DNA of 64,000 bases from Burkholderiales bacterium (GTDB lineage Bacteria > Pseudomonadota > Gammaproteobacteria > Burkholderiales > SG8-39), in the NCBI GenBank assembly GCA_036394595.1, contig DASWEU010000121.1, forward strand, positions 3,242-67,241, given 5' to 3'. Each line of letters starts with the position of its first letter. Position 1 is the stretch's first letter. The notes beneath the pieces were generated by a model. The model did no database searches. It was given only the letters and a program-made list of their open reading frames with translations, and was not told the DNA's origin. Both the position numbers and the translations under genes were made by a program. Of the stretch, positions 28,052 to 40,725 are shown in pieces.

Positions 28052-28999
28052 CTACGCCGCGCGGGCGGGGCTGGCGGACAACGAATAGCAGGCGCGCCGC
28101 AGACGGTTGAAGTCGGCCGTCTCGATGGTTTCGCGCAGGAAATCCATGTTGCAGTCGATGGCCGACTGGTAAAGATTCGGGCCGCCGAAATGCGACTCGG
28201 CGTAGCGGTCCGCGCCGTCGAGCTTCTTGTCGATGCGCGTGCGCGCGACGTACTCGTAGAAACCCGGCGTCTTGATGATCAGGTCGTCGGCCGACACGTA
28301 GCGCACGATCTCCTTGCCATCGGGCAGCTGCTCGCGCGCGATCTTGCCCCAGACGAACTCCTGGTAGAGGAACTGCCGCACCTTTTCCAGATACATGCGG
28401 TCGGACATCTGGCCGATCAGGTCGGCGGTACCCACCATGCAGCCGACCAGGCGGTCGCGCAGGTCCGCGACCGGGATGTTTTCGATCTCCATCTCGTAGC
28501 CGGTGTAGTGCACCAACTGGGAGGCGACCGGCGCCTCGGCGCCAAAGCCGATTTTCGGCAGGTAAGTCGCGAGGAAGTCGGCGCTGCGGCTGACGTGGAC
28601 CTTGGTGAAGATGGCGCCGTTCTCGACGTTCGCTTCCGAGACGCGCTTCAGGTAGCCCGAATCGTGGAACAGCGCCACCAGCACCCCCAGCGCAGCGCGC
28701 CGCGGGCCGAGGCGGTCGGTGCTGGCGCAGGCGCGGTCGTGGCCGTCGACCAGCCGCGCCATCGCCAACGTCATGTCCAGCGTATGGCGGATGTCGTGGT
28801 ACAGCGTGTCGCAGGGGAGGTAGCCGGGCATGCGGCCGCTGAACAGCGCCTGCAGGTCGCCGAAGGCCTGCGCCAGCGGCGCGAAGTTCGCGCTCGGATA
28901 GCGCGCGGCGTAGATGGCGAGCACGGCGTCGCGCACCTGCGTCGAGTCCTCGACGTTGATCCGGTTGGTGACGTCGTTCTGGTTAAGACGGTTTTGCAT
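28052..28999 (-). CDS. HD-domain-like putative metal-dependent phosphohydrolase (function uncertain)
   Basis: 315 aa. LYHDIRHTLD and LVALFHDSGY resemble the H..HD..D metal site of the HD superfamily. The rest is unrecognised. Confidence 0.55.
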   Translation of the reverse strand: MQNRLNQNDVTNRINVEDSTQVRDAVLAIYAARYPSANFAPLAQAFGDLQALFSGRMPGYLPCDTLYHDIRHTLDMTLAMARLVDGHDRACASTDRLGPRRAALGVLVALFHDSGYLKRVSEANVENGAIFTKVHVSRSADFLATYLPKIGFGAEAPVASQLVHYTGYEMEIENIPVADLRDRLVGCMVGTADLIGQMSDRMYLEKVRQFLYQEFVWGKIAREQLPDGKEIVRYVSADDLIIKTPGFYEYVARTRIDKKLDGADRYAESHFGGPNLYQSAIDCNMDFLRETIETADFNRLRRACYSLSASPARAA

Positions 29000-29099
29000 C
29001 GCGCTGCGGCCGGCCCCTCTAGCCGTCCGCCCTTTCCCCCTGAGCGGCCGATTATTCCGCTAGGGCGGTCCGGACGCAAGGAATAGGCGCACGGGAATA

Positions 29100-29447
29100 A
29101 AACAGCGGGAGACGGCCGTTAAGCCGGGTTCTGTGGCCCCCGCCGGGAGGTCCCGACGGAGCCGGCAGCCATTCCTCTAGGCCCGGGGTTACCCCCGGGC
29201 TCAAGCCACCTACCCGCAAGCTTGGCCGAGCCGGCCCGTCAGCGCGTTGCCGCGCCTTGCTTGCCTATTTGGTGTTGCTCCGGATGGAGGTTGCCGCGTT
29301 TCACCCCTCGGTTTTGAGGCCGAGGACTCGTCTCTGTGGCCCTCTTCGTCACGTCGCCGTGCCAGGGAGTTACCCTGCATCCCGCTCTGCGGAGCCCGGA
29401 CTTTCCTCTGCGGCTTGCGCCGCAGCGGCTGCCTGGCCGACTCCCAG
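29100..29447 (-). ncRNA. rnpB: RNase P RNA, bacterial type A
   Basis: The reverse complement contains the universal P4 elements GAGGAAAGUCCGGGCUCC and ACAGAACCCGGCUUAACGG. It also has GGUAACUCCCUGG and CCGGAGCAACACCAAAUAGGC, collinear with E. coli M1 RNA. 5' GGGAGUCGGCC pairs with 3' GGCCGUCUCCC (P1). Ends are estimated to within +/-5 nt. Confidence 0.93.
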
Positions 29448-29449
29448 CG

Positions 29450-30259
29450 TCATTTTACGCCCGCGGGCCCCCTGAACACCCGGGTATCGTCATAGAACTC
29501 CGCCTGCGCGCTTCCGGGCAGCCAGCCGGGGTAGCCGAAGACGGGCAGCGGTGCGAGCTCGCGGGGGGAGGCGCCCAGGGGCAGCGCTTGCAGCCAGGCG
29601 GCAGCCTGCGCGTCGGGGTCGAGGCCCGGATTGACGAACAGCACCTTGCAGGTGATGCCGGGTCGCGGCTCGAGTGCCTGCTCGAGCACGGCATGACCGA
29701 ACACCAGGAACCGCATCGACTGCAGCACCCGCGCGCGGCGCTCCCAGAACAGCTCGCTCCAGCGCAAGCCGCGCAGCAGCGCGACCAGCTCCGCATCGTC
29801 GCAGGCGACCAGCGCGCCGCCTTCGTCAAGGATCGTCAGCAGGTCGCGCAGCCGCCCGCGCCGGCCGCCGCTTTTTTCCCGCTCTCGCGGGATTTCGGCC
29901 GCGTGCATGGCGTTGATGCGCGCCTTGGTGCGCGGGAACGCGAGCCAGGCGAGGGCGTTGAACCAGTCGTGCAGGCTGTCGACGCGCGTCGCTACGCAGC
30001 CGGTCTCGTAGACGCTCACCTCGTAGTACCGGTCGACGCTCGCCGGCGGGACAAAGCGCAGGAGGCGGCCGCTTTCGGTTTTCAGGCCCCGCTGCTCGGC
30101 GGCGGCATTCAGTCCCTCGAGCGTGCGCCCGACCGCAAGCCAGGGCCGGACGGCATCGAAGACAAGGTGGGTTAGAGCAGCTTCCAGGGAATGGATTCGC
30201 CAGCCCGCAGCGGCACGAGCTCGCCGCCGCCGAAGGCCAGCCGATCGGGCACTTTCCAC
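29450..30259 (-). CDS. DUF3025 domain-containing protein
   Basis: 269-aa ORF with a GTG start. Contains WFNALAWLAFPRTKARINAMHA, ILDEGGALV and VFGHAVLEQAL motifs, as I recall for DUF3025, which commonly follows pyrC. The start is uncertain: it overlaps pyrC by 88 nt and there is no alternative ATG/GTG/TTG. Confidence 0.65.
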   Translation of the reverse strand: MESARSAGLRRRRARAAAGWRIHSLEAALTHLVFDAVRPWLAVGRTLEGLNAAAEQRGLKTESGRLLRFVPPASVDRYYEVSVYETGCVATRVDSLHDWFNALAWLAFPRTKARINAMHAAEIPREREKSGGRRGRLRDLLTILDEGGALVACDDAELVALLRGLRWSELFWERRARVLQSMRFLVFGHAVLEQALEPRPGITCKVLFVNPGLDPDAQAAAWLQALPLGASPRELAPLPVFGYPGWLPGSAQAEFYDDTRVFRGPAGVK

Positions 30260-31203
30260 TCTTCCCGCACCAGTGTCACCGTTCCTTCATTGGGCGGCAG
30301 GCCGTAGAACGAAGCGGCGAACTCGCTGGCGAAGGCCTCGAGCTTGTCGAGTGCGCCGGCCTCCTCGAAGGCTACCGCGTAGAGCTCGAGCGCGGCGTGC
30401 GCAGTGTAGATGCCGGCGCAGCCGCAGGCGGCCTCCTTGGCCGAGCGGGCATGCGGCGCGCTGTCGGTGCCGAGGAAGAACTTGGGATTGCCGGAGGTGG
30501 CGGCCTGCACCAGCGCCTCGCGATGCTCCTCGCGCTTGAGCACCGGCAGGCAATAGTGGTGCGGGCGGATGCCGCCCATGAACAGCGCATTGCGGTTCAT
30601 CAGCAGGTGGTGCGCGGTGATGGTGGCGGCGACGTTCGCCCCGGTGACCTCGACGTACTGCACCGCCTCGCGCGTGGTGATGTGCTCCAGCACCACCTTC
30701 AGGCCGGTGAAGCGCTCGAGCGTCGGGCCGAGGACTTCCTCGATGAATGCCGGCTCGCGGTCGAACACATCGATATGCGGTTCGGTCGATTCGCCGTGCA
30801 CCAGCAGCGGCAGGCCGAGCTCCTCCATCTTCTCCAGCGTGTGGAAGCAGCGCGACAGGCGCGTGACGCCGGCGTCGGAATGCGTGGTTGCGCCCGCCGG
30901 ATAAAGCTTGACGCCGGCCACCCGTCCCGACAGCTTGGCGCGCGCGATCTCCTCGGGCGGCGTGTCGTCGGTGAGAAACAGCGTCATCAGCGGATCGAAC
31001 TGCGCATCGTCGGGCAGCGCGCCGAGGATGCGTTCGCGGTAGTCGAGCGCCTGGTAGGTGGTGCGTACCGGCGGCTGCAGGTTGGGCATGATGATGGCGC
31101 GGGCGAAGCGCCGCGCGCTGTCGGCGAGCACCGCCTGCATGGCCGCGCCGTCGCGCAGGTGCAGGTGCGCGTCGTCCGGGCGCTTCAGGGTCAGCCGGTC
31201 CAT
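30172..31203 (-). CDS. pyrC: Dihydroorotase (homodimeric type II)
   Basis: 343 aa. RPDDAHLHLRDG, IIMPNL, VKLYPAGATT, LLVHGE, FFLGTDSAPH match E. coli-type PyrC. Confidence 0.93.
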   Translation of the reverse strand: MDRLTLKRPDDAHLHLRDGAAMQAVLADSARRFARAIIMPNLQPPVRTTYQALDYRERILGALPDDAQFDPLMTLFLTDDTPPEEIARAKLSGRVAGVKLYPAGATTHSDAGVTRLSRCFHTLEKMEELGLPLLVHGESTEPHIDVFDREPAFIEEVLGPTLERFTGLKVVLEHITTREAVQYVEVTGANVAATITAHHLLMNRNALFMGGIRPHHYCLPVLKREEHREALVQAATSGNPKFFLGTDSAPHARSAKEAACGCAGIYTAHAALELYAVAFEEAGALDKLEAFASEFAASFYGLPPNEGTVTLVREEWKVPDRLAFGGGELVPLRAGESIPWKLL

Positions 31204-31215
31204 CGCGTCGGGATT

Positions 31216-32064
31216 CTACTTGGCTCGGCGGGGCGGCTTGCGGCTCTCCAGCGCCTTGCGATAGAGCGCGGCCCTCGGTGCGCCGGTGATGCGCGCCGCC
31301 GCCCTGGCCGCCGCGCTCGGCGGCAGCGCCTCCAGCAGCACTTCCAGCGCCCGCTCGGCCAGCGCCAGGTCGGCGCCCGCCGGCGCGCCGGCGGCGAGCA
31401 CGAGGACAAACTCGCCCTGGCCGCGATGCGGCCGCCCGGCGAGCCAGGCCGGGGCGGTGCCGAGCGTCAGGCGCGCCACTTCCTCGAATTTCTTGGTCAG
31501 CTCGCGCGCGATCGCCAGCTCGCGCGCCGGGCCGAAGGCGGTGGCGAGGTCGGCCAGCGTCGCCGCGATGCGATGCGGCGCTTCATAGATCACCACCGGA
31601 TAGGCGAGGTGGAGCGCAGCGATCGCCTTGCGCCGCGCGGCGCCGGCGGCGGGCAGGAAACCGGCGAACAGGAAACGGCTCTCGGCAAAGCCGGAGGCGG
31701 AATAGGCCGCGACGGCGGCGCTCGGCCCGGGCACCGGGCTCACGCGGATGCCGGACTTGTGCGCCTCGGCAACCAGGTGGGCGCCGGGATCGGAAAGCGC
31801 CGGCGTGCCGGCGTCGCTGATCAGGGCGACGTCGCCGCCCTCGCGCAGCACCTCGAGCAGCCCGGCCGCCGCCTGGCGCTCGTTGTGCTCGTGCAGGGCG
31901 ACCGCCTTCGCGGCGATGCCAAAGCGCGCGAACAAAGCCTGGCTGGTGCGCGTGTCCTCGCAGGCGACCAGCGCCGCGCCGCGCAGCACCTCGAGCGAGC
32001 GCGGGCTGGCGTCGTCGAGATTGCCGATGGGGGTTGCGACGACGTATAGCGTGCCGCTGCTCAT
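31216..32064 (-). CDS. rsmI: 16S rRNA (cytidine1402-2'-O)-methyltransferase
   Basis: 282 aa. LYVVATPIGNLDD, VACEDTR, LISDAGTPALSDPG. Confidence 0.9.
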   Translation of the reverse strand: MSSGTLYVVATPIGNLDDASPRSLEVLRGAALVACEDTRTSQALFARFGIAAKAVALHEHNERQAAAGLLEVLREGGDVALISDAGTPALSDPGAHLVAEAHKSGIRVSPVPGPSAAVAAYSASGFAESRFLFAGFLPAAGAARRKAIAALHLAYPVVIYEAPHRIAATLADLATAFGPARELAIARELTKKFEEVARLTLGTAPAWLAGRPHRGQGEFVLVLAAGAPAGADLALAERALEVLLEALPPSAAARAAARITGAPRAALYRKALESRKPPRRAK

Positions 32065-32105
32065 GGCTGGTCAACTCAATCCGGTCCGGGAGCGTTAAGC
32101 CTGCC

Positions 32106-32444
32106 ATGAACCCGTCCGGCGCGATAGCCGAAGACCTGTGCGCCAAGCTGTTTGCGGCCGCGGGCCTGCGCGTCATCGAGCGCAACTGGCGCTGCCGGCT
32201 CGGCGAGATCGACCTGATCGCCGAGGAGGGCGGCACGCTGGTGTTCGCCGAAGTGCGCATGCGCGCGAGCGGCGGATTCGGCGGCGCCGCCGAAAGCATC
32301 ACCGCCGCCAAGCGCTCGCGGCTGCTAGCCGCCGCGCGCCTCTACCTGGCCCGCCGGCCAGAGGCCGATTGCCGCTTTGACGTATTGCTCATCGAGGGAA
32401 TTCCCGCATCCGTGCGCTGGATCCGCAACGCCTTTAGCGAGTAG
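32106..32444 (+). CDS. yraN: YraN family protein (UPF0102, endonuclease-like fold)
   Basis: 112 aa from ATG 32106. RNWRCRLGEIDLIAEEGGTLVFAEVRMR and CRFDVLLIEG. Confidence 0.85.
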   Translation: MNPSGAIAEDLCAKLFAAAGLRVIERNWRCRLGEIDLIAEEGGTLVFAEVRMRASGGFGGAAESITAAKRSRLLAAARLYLARRPEADCRFDVLLIEGIPASVRWIRNAFSE

Positions 32445-33709
<1,265 letters not shown>

Positions 33710-33712
33710 GCG

Positions 33713-34198
33713 GTGAAGTCCGCGCCGCCGGACTACGAGTCCAAGATCCAGGATCCGGCCGCGCTCGCGACCTGGCTAGGGCGCAGCGCGCGGCCGCTGG
33801 TATTCACCAACGGCGTGTTCGACCTCCTGCACCGCGGACATGTGACCTATCTCGCGCGGGCGCGCGCACTGGGCGCGGCGCTGCTGGTTGCGCTCAATAC
33901 CGACGCTTCCACGCGCCGCCTGGGCAAGGAGGGCGCACGCCCGGTCAACGCGCTCGCCGACCGTCTGGCGGTGGTGGCGGCGCTCGAGTCGGTGAGCGCG
34001 GTCACCTGGTTCGACGAGGACACGCCCGAGGCGCTGATCGCCGCCTGCCGCCCGGAGGTGCTCGCCAAGGGCGGCGACTGGCCGGTGGAACGCATCGCCG
34101 GCGCGGCCGGCGTGCTGGCACGCGGCGGGCGCGTGGTTTCGATTCCCTTCGAGCACGAGCGCTCGACCACCGCGCTGCTGCGGCGCCTGCGCATATAG
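33713..34198 (+). CDS. hldC: D-glycero-beta-D-manno-heptose 1-phosphate adenylyltransferase (RfaE domain II only)
   Basis: 161 aa, GTG start. FTNGVFDLLHRGHVTYL, LNTDAS..RLGKEGARPVN, KGGDW are cytidylyltransferase-fold motifs. Confidence 0.88.
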   Translation: MKSAPPDYESKIQDPAALATWLGRSARPLVFTNGVFDLLHRGHVTYLARARALGAALLVALNTDASTRRLGKEGARPVNALADRLAVVAALESVSAVTWFDEDTPEALIAACRPEVLAKGGDWPVERIAGAAGVLARGGRVVSIPFEHERSTTALLRRLRI

Positions 34199-34207
34199 TA
34201 TTGGTTC

Positions 34208-34735
34208 ATGCGCCTGCACCAGCTGAAGGTCGAGTACGACGCCGAGCAGGACCGGCTGGTGATGCTGGTGGCGACCAGCGAGGCGATGGAGTTGCGCCTC
34301 GCCCTGACGCGGCGTTTCGTCAAGCTGCTGTGGCCGCTGCTGGTGAAGCTCGCCGAGGAAGCGAGTCCGCGCATCCGCAGCCAGGCCAATCCCGAGGCGC
34401 GCAAGGCGCTGCTCGGCCTCGAGCACGAGACGGCGGTGTCGAAGGCGGACTTCTCCAAGCCCTACGACGCGGGCGAGAGCGCGCGTCCGCTGGGCGACTC
34501 GCCGCTGCTGCTGGCGCGCATCCAGACCGGCCACGACCGCAACGGCCAGCCGATCGTGGCACTGCATCCATCCGAGGGTCAGGGCGTGACCCTGTCGTTC
34601 GATTCCGTGCTGCTGCACTCGGTGTGCCGCCTGCTGCAGGCGGCGGTGAAGTCGAGCGACTGGGATATGGAGCTCAAGCTGCCCGGCACCGAGCCGCAAG
34701 AAAGCAATGAGCGCGCGGCACGCACGCTGAATTGA
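34208..34735 (+). CDS. Hypothetical protein, no family recognised
   Basis: 175-aa ORF with ATG start, GC3-rich codons and non-repetitive sequence (MRLHQLKVEYDAEQDRLVMLVATSEAMELRLALTRRF...). Confidence 0.6.
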   Translation: MRLHQLKVEYDAEQDRLVMLVATSEAMELRLALTRRFVKLLWPLLVKLAEEASPRIRSQANPEARKALLGLEHETAVSKADFSKPYDAGESARPLGDSPLLLARIQTGHDRNGQPIVALHPSEGQGVTLSFDSVLLHSVCRLLQAAVKSSDWDMELKLPGTEPQESNERAARTLN

Positions 34736-34748
34736 CTTATAATTCAAC

Positions 34749-36242
34749 ATTATCCCTTCAGCTTTTGAACAACTAGGCCTGATCCCGCCGCTGATCGCGG
34801 CGGTTTCCGATCTCGGATACGACAAGCCGACTCCCGTCCAGGAGCAGGCCATTCCGGTCGTACTCGCCGGGCGTGACCTCATGGCCGGCGCGCAAACCGG
34901 CACCGGGAAAACCGCGGCATTCGCGCTGCCGATCCTGCAGCGCCTCGCGCCCGCGGCCAGCGCCTCGGCCTCGCCCGCGCGCCATCCGGTGCGCGCGCTG
35001 ATCCTCACGCCGACGCGCGAGCTCGCGGTGCAGGTCGCCGAGAGCTTCAAGGGCTACGCCAAGCATCTGCCGTTGCGCAGCACCGTGGTCTATGGCGGCG
35101 TCGACATGAACGCCCAGATCGCCGAGCTGCGCAAGGGCGTCGAAATCCTGGTGGCCACGCCGGGGCGGCTGCTCGACCACGTGCAGAACAAGACGGTGAT
35201 GTTCAATCAGGTCTCGGTGCTGGTGCTGGACGAGGCCGACCGCATGCTCGACATGGGCTTCCTGCCCGACATCAAGCGCATCATCGCGCTGCTGCCGAAG
35301 CAGCGGCAGAACCTGCTGTTTTCCGCCACCTTCCCCGATGAGATCCGCAATCTCGCCAAGTCGCTGCTCACCAACCCGGCGGAGATCCAGATTGCCGCGC
35401 GCAATGCGGCCGCCGACCTGGTGACGCACGTGGTGCATCCGGTGGCGCGCGAGAAGAAGCGCGAGCTGCTGTCCTACCTGATCCAGACCCGCGGCCTGAA
35501 GCAGGTGCTGGTGTTCACCGGCACGCGCATCGGCGCCAACCGCCTCGCGCACCAGCTGCGCAAGGACCACATCCAGTGCAACGCCATCCACGGCGACAAG
35601 ACCCAGGCCGAGCGCGAGGCGGCGCTCGACGACTTCAAGGCCGGCAAGATCGCCGTGCTGGTGGCGACCGACGTTGCCTCGCGCGGCCTCGACATCGAGG
35701 GCCTGCCGCAGGTGATCAACTTCGATGTGCCGCACTCCCCCGAGGACTACGTGCACCGCATCGGCCGCACCGGCCGCGCCGGGCTGACGGGCGAGGCGAT
35801 CTCGCTGGTTTCGCCCGAGGACACGGAGGCGATGGCGGCGATCGAGCGCCTGATCAAGAAGAAAATCGAGCGCGCGCTGGTGCCCGGCTTCCAGCCCGGC
35901 GGCACCAGCGTCGCCGGCATGATGAGCGGGCGGGGGCAGCCGCAGTCCGGGCGCCGCGAGCGTGGGCCGGAGCGGGAGCGCTCGCAGGAGCGACAGCGGG
36001 AGCACCGAGCATCGCCGCGGCAGGAGCGAATGCCGGCGCAGCCGCAACCGGAACGAACGCCGAGGCAGCCGCAGCAACAGCAGGAACGAATGCAGAGAGC
36101 TGCGTCAGACCCGATCTTCTCCAAGCCCTACGAACCCGGTGGCGCCCCTCCGGCCCCGGCACAGAAGCCCGAAGCCTCCCCGCAGTCCAAGCGCAAGCAA
36201 CCCCAGGTCGCAGCCCTGCTCGGCGGATTGAAGCGCGCTTAG
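34749..36242 (+). CDS. rhlE: DEAD-box ATP-dependent RNA helicase (RhlE-like); start codon non-canonical or unresolved
   Basis: AQTGTGKT, PTRELA, VLDEADRM, SAT and HRIGRTGRAG motifs, plus a basic low-complexity C-tail. The Q-motif region (SAFEQLGL...GYDKPTPVQEQAIP) is encoded in-frame upstream of the first ATG (34881). The frame opens at 34743 after a TAA. The only candidate starts are ATT 34749, ATC 34752 and CTG 34779. Confidence 0.8.
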   Translation: MIPSAFEQLGLIPPLIAAVSDLGYDKPTPVQEQAIPVVLAGRDLMAGAQTGTGKTAAFALPILQRLAPAASASASPARHPVRALILTPTRELAVQVAESFKGYAKHLPLRSTVVYGGVDMNAQIAELRKGVEILVATPGRLLDHVQNKTVMFNQVSVLVLDEADRMLDMGFLPDIKRIIALLPKQRQNLLFSATFPDEIRNLAKSLLTNPAEIQIAARNAAADLVTHVVHPVAREKKRELLSYLIQTRGLKQVLVFTGTRIGANRLAHQLRKDHIQCNAIHGDKTQAEREAALDDFKAGKIAVLVATDVASRGLDIEGLPQVINFDVPHSPEDYVHRIGRTGRAGLTGEAISLVSPEDTEAMAAIERLIKKKIERALVPGFQPGGTSVAGMMSGRGQPQSGRRERGPERERSQERQREHRASPRQERMPAQPQPERTPRQPQQQQERMQRAASDPIFSKPYEPGGAPPAPAQKPEASPQSKRKQPQVAALLGGLKRA

Positions 36243-36246
36243 TCCG

Positions 36247-36981
36247 TTACACGCAGCGCGCGCCGTCCACCTCGATACACACGCCGCTCACCATCGACGC
36301 CTCGTCGGAAGCGAGATAAAGGCAGGCGTTGGCGATATCGAGCGGCGTCGAGAAGCGTCCCAGGGGAATCGTCGCCAGGAATTTCTGCTTGGCTTCCTCG
36401 GTCACCGCGCCGCCAGCGAACTCGGCCGATAGCGCGGTGTCAGGGCTGAACACCGGGTTGACGCAGTTGACGCGGATCTTGTCGGGGCCGAATTCCGCAG
36501 CCATCGACTTCGACATGTTGATCACGGCGCCCTTGGTGCTGTTGTAGACCGTGAGCCCGGGCCGCGGGCGCACGCCCGCGGTGGAGGCGATGTTGACGAA
36601 GCAGCCGCCGCCGCGCTTGCGGAATACCGGCACGGCGTGCATCGCCGAGAGGTAGATGCTCTTCACGTTGACGGCATAGACCTTGTCGAACTCCGCTTCG
36701 GTGACCTCGAGGTAAGGCTTGTTGCGGTGGGTCCAGCCGGCGTTGTTGACGACGACGTCGAGCTGCGGTCCTGCCTCGCGCACCAGGCGCGCCCAGTCGG
36801 CGCCCTGCGTGACGTCGCCCCGCACGAAACGCCCGCCGATTTCTTTTGCAATTTTTTCTCCCGAAGGATTGAGGTCGTTGACGACGACCTGCGCGCCCTC
36901 CTGCGCGAAGCGCCGCGCAATGCCTGCGCCGAAGCCCGAGCCGCCGCCCGTCACGATCGCCACCTTGCCCTTGAGCCGCAT
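36247..36981 (-). CDS. SDR family oxidoreductase
   Basis: 244 aa. TGGGSGFGAGIA cofactor motif, NNAG, and catalytic S...YNSTK. Confidence 0.88.
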   Translation of the reverse strand: MRLKGKVAIVTGGGSGFGAGIARRFAQEGAQVVVNDLNPSGEKIAKEIGGRFVRGDVTQGADWARLVREAGPQLDVVVNNAGWTHRNKPYLEVTEAEFDKVYAVNVKSIYLSAMHAVPVFRKRGGGCFVNIASTAGVRPRPGLTVYNSTKGAVINMSKSMAAEFGPDKIRVNCVNPVFSPDTALSAEFAGGAVTEEAKQKFLATIPLGRFSTPLDIANACLYLASDEASMVSGVCIEVDGARCV

Positions 36982-38103
36982 TCAGCCTCCTTGGTCCTTG
37001 AACGGGGAATGTTCGCACAGCTCGTCGACGTAGCGCGCCACGCCCGCGCCCTCGCGCTCGAGAAAACTCTCCACCGCACGCGCAAAGCGCGCATCCGCCA
37101 GCCAGTGCGCCGAGTGCGCCTCGACCGGCAGCAGGCCGCGGAAGATCTTGTGCTCGCCCTGCGCGCCGCCTTCGAAGGCCTGCAGGCCGCGCGCGATGGC
37201 GTAGTCGATCGCCTGGTAGTAGCAGCACTCGAAATGCAGCAGCGGCAGATGGCCGATGGCGCCCCAGTAGCGGCCGTAGAGCGAGGCGGCGTCGCGCAGG
37301 AACAGCGCGCTGGCAATCGGCCCGCCCTGCTTCTCGGCCAGCACCAGGACGACATTGCCCGGCAGCGTCGCGCCCAGGCGCAGGAAGAACTCGAGGCTCA
37401 GATAGGGGCTCGAGTGGTGCGCGGCGTAGGTGCCGCGGTAGCAGCGGTCGAAAAACTCCCAGTGCCGGCGCTCGATTGCCTCGCCTTCGAGCCAGCGAAA
37501 GCTGACGCCGGCCTCGCGCACGCGGCGCCGCTCCTGCCGGATGTTCTTGCGCCTGGCGTGGGTCATGCGCGCGAGGAAGGCGTCGAAGTCGGCGTAGCCT
37601 TCGTTCTTCCAGTGGAACTGCACCGTGCGCCTGAGCATCATGCCGTGCCCGGCCAACAGCTCGGCTTCCTCCTTACTGGAAAATAGAACATGCAGTGATG
37701 AAAACTCCTTCGACAGGTCGAGGGCCGCGGCCGCCAGCGCCTGGCGATCTTCATCGCGCGGCGCCAGCAGGCGCCGGCCGCTCACCGGCGTGAACGGAAT
37801 CGCCGCCAGGAGCTTGGGGTAGTACTCGAGGCCGTGGCGCTGGTACGCGTCCGCCCAGGCCCAGTCGAATACGTATTCGCCGTAGGAGTGGGACTTGACG
37901 AACAGCGGCATTGCGCCGGCGAGCGCGCCGGCGCGGCGCAGCAGCAGAATCTGCGGCAGCCAGCCGCTGCGCGCCGCGGCGCAGCCGGTCTCAATCAGCG
38001 CGGACAGGAACTCGTGGCGCACGCAGGGCTGTTCTCCCGCGAGCGCGTTCCACTCCTGCGGATCCACGCCGGCGAGGGAATCGACGACCCGTACGCTTTC
38101 CAA
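36982..38103 (-). CDS. GNAT-fold, FemAB-like protein (DUF482 / PF04339 family)
   Basis: Protein-like from an in-frame TTG at 38103 (MESVRVVDSLAGVDPQEWNAL...). KSHSYGEYVFDWAWADAYQRHGLEYYPKLLAAIPFTPVSG is the family hallmark. The stop abuts the SDR start with no gap. The upstream part of the 486-aa track ORF is antisense to glnB. Confidence 0.8.
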   Translation of the reverse strand: MESVRVVDSLAGVDPQEWNALAGEQPCVRHEFLSALIETGCAAARSGWLPQILLLRRAGALAGAMPLFVKSHSYGEYVFDWAWADAYQRHGLEYYPKLLAAIPFTPVSGRRLLAPRDEDRQALAAAALDLSKEFSSLHVLFSSKEEAELLAGHGMMLRRTVQFHWKNEGYADFDAFLARMTHARRKNIRQERRRVREAGVSFRWLEGEAIERRHWEFFDRCYRGTYAAHHSSPYLSLEFFLRLGATLPGNVVLVLAEKQGGPIASALFLRDAASLYGRYWGAIGHLPLLHFECCYYQAIDYAIARGLQAFEGGAQGEHKIFRGLLPVEAHSAHWLADARFARAVESFLEREGAGVARYVDELCEHSPFKDQGG

Positions 38104-38112
38104 GGGGCCTAA

Positions 38113-40692
<2,580 letters not shown>

Positions 40693-40725
40693 GGCGGCAG
40701 GGGTAGAATCCGGCCCATTCCCGAG

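Noticed and set aside
29247-30175. Three + strand ORFs (29247-29495, 29257-29475, 29336-30175) across the rnpB region
   Set aside because: They overlap the RNase P RNA and the DUF3025 gene on the other strand, and their translations are featureless. The open frames are a by-product of GC-rich structured RNA.
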